NCBI RefSeq assembly: GCF_000143415.4
Contig: NW_003314393.1
Span: 125,644 to 189,643, forward strand
Direction of reading: 5' to 3'
Origin: Selaginella moellendorffii
Taxonomy: Eukaryota > Plantae > Lycopodiophyta
DNA length: 64,000 nt
Shown: piece after piece, positions 62,857 to 64,000 of the stretch
How positions within the stretch are numbered: position 1 is the first letter of the stretch
Layout of the letters: each line of letters opens with the position of its first letter
The notes under the pieces: model-generated
Database searches by the model: none
What the model was told of the DNA's origin: nothing
Seen by the model: the letters and a program-made list of their open reading frames with translations, nothing else
Position numbers and translations under genes: made by a program

Positions 62857-64000
62857 TGCCCTAGACTATGCTACGCCACCTCTTGAGGTTCCTCACCACC
62901 CAACCACCCCCGAGCTACCTCAAAAGCTCCACTGCGCCGCCGCTCCACTGTGAGCCCTAGGTTAGGTTAAGTCCCTTACCCTAACATGCCTTAATATACC
63001 CTTGAGCCTCCCTTTGACCGACGTTGACCACGTAGTCAAAGCTGGCGCCTAACAATTCTTCCCCCCCAACAAAGTCCTTGTCCCAAGGACGAGTTGTACC
63101 GGTGATCACCCTTTCTGGGGAATCCTGCTCAAGCTCCTGGTCCATCTTCCACAGCCGTATACATCAAGGAGGCATTGGGCCCGTCACTCCGAGATAGTAC
63201 ACCTTTCAATTGGCTGACATAAAATACTGGATGAATTTTCACCCCAGCTGGCAGCCGCACCCGATAAGCCGCTTTACCAATGCGCTCCAGCACTTCATAT
63301 GGACCAGCATATCGATGGGAGAGTTTATCACTCTTCCCTATCCGTAAAGGCACCAAGGTGTTCCGCCGCTCACTTGACGGAAAGATCACTCGCACAAAGA
63401 CGAGATCACCCACCTTATATTCCCGGAATTGGCGATGCTCATTAGCAAACTTCTCCGCTCTATCCTGAGCTGCTTGCAAATTCCGTTTGCATACCACCAG
63501 AATCTCATCAAGTTCTGTGGCCAGATCAGTTGCCTCGGAATCAAGCTTTTCTTGAACGTCCTTACTCAAATGCAATCCCAACTCCACCGCTGTTCGAGGA
63601 TGCCTTCCAAACATCGCAAAGTAAGGACTTAGCTTGGTTCCACTGTGTTGGCTATTGTTGTAAGCAAATTGCACCAACGGAAGATATAGATCCCACTGTC
63701 CTTGCCTTTGACCAATGCTACAACGTAGCATATCCTCCACCACCTGATTCACACGCTCAGTTTGCCCATCCGTCTGAGGATGATCTCCACTCGAGAGTTT
63801 CAAAGTCACTTGCATAGCCTTTGCAAAGCTTTTCCAAAATCCACTGGTGAACTTTGAATCTCGATCACTAATGATGTCCTCCGGCAAACCAAAATCAGGA
63901 AAAACCTTCTCCAAATAAACCGCAGCCAAGTCTGAGGCAGTGACAGTCTTCCGAAGAGCCAACAACCGCACATACTTCGTCAACCGATCTACTATAACCC
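62857..64000 (-). mobile_element. Ty3/gypsy 3' end: integrase, PPT and truncated 3' LTR
   Basis: ORF 63129-63983; PPT ~63056-63068; LTR starts TGTT at 63053. Confidence 0.9.
63129..63983 (-). CDS. Ty3/gypsy integrase (partial, runs off window)
   Basis: IISDRDSKFTS, HPQTDGQTERVN and GPY motifs; open frame. Confidence 0.9.
   Translation of the reverse strand: MTKYVRLLALRKTVTASDLAAVYLEKVFPDFGLPEDIISDRDSKFTSGFWKSFAKAMQVTLKLSSGDHPQTDGQTERVNQVVEDMLRCSIGQRQGQWDLYLPLVQFAYNNSQHSGTKLSPYFAMFGRHPRTAVELGLHLSKDVQEKLDSEATDLATELDEILVVCKRNLQAAQDRAEKFANEHRQFREYKVGDLVFVRVIFPSSERRNTLVPLRIGKSDKLSHRYAGPYEVLERIGKAAYRVRLPAGVKIHPVFYVSQLKGVLSRSDGPNASLMYTAVEDGPGA

Noticed and set aside
63060-63200. Chromodomain after the integrase
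   Set aside because: ORF ends shortly after the GPY region with no chromodomain motif.

Overview
Repeat-dense eukaryotic nuclear DNA from a land plant: TTTAGGG repeats, plant-type LSU rRNA fragment, iMet and Trp primer-binding sites. The ~50-bp introns and a Tat element with aRH between protease and RT hint at a lycophyte-like non-seed plant (inference only). There are two assembly gaps and one apparently intact host gene (DUF716/TMEM45-like, 61255-62046). The rest is nested transposons: a scrambled same-strand LINE mosaic joined to an rRNA fragment and telomere repeats; two copies of a non-coding LTR family; a composite multi-LTR element (TSD AAGAG) hosting a 1.4-kb SWIM-bearing TIR element (9-bp TSD) and a 12.3-kb Sola-like DNA transposon (24-bp TIRs, 4-bp TSD); and a Tat-type Ty3 element whose two LTRs are inverted. 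The best candidate for an undescribed system is the Sola-like element. Divergent from its transposase it carries a multi-exon accessory gene with ParB-like, methyltransferase-like, acidic and FCP1/NIF HAD-like segments. It also carries about 25 copies of a 22-bp palindrome (ATGGCRTG-N6-CAYGCCAT), several inside tiny introns, which I did not see outside the element. All domain calls are by-eye motif recognition, not database searches.
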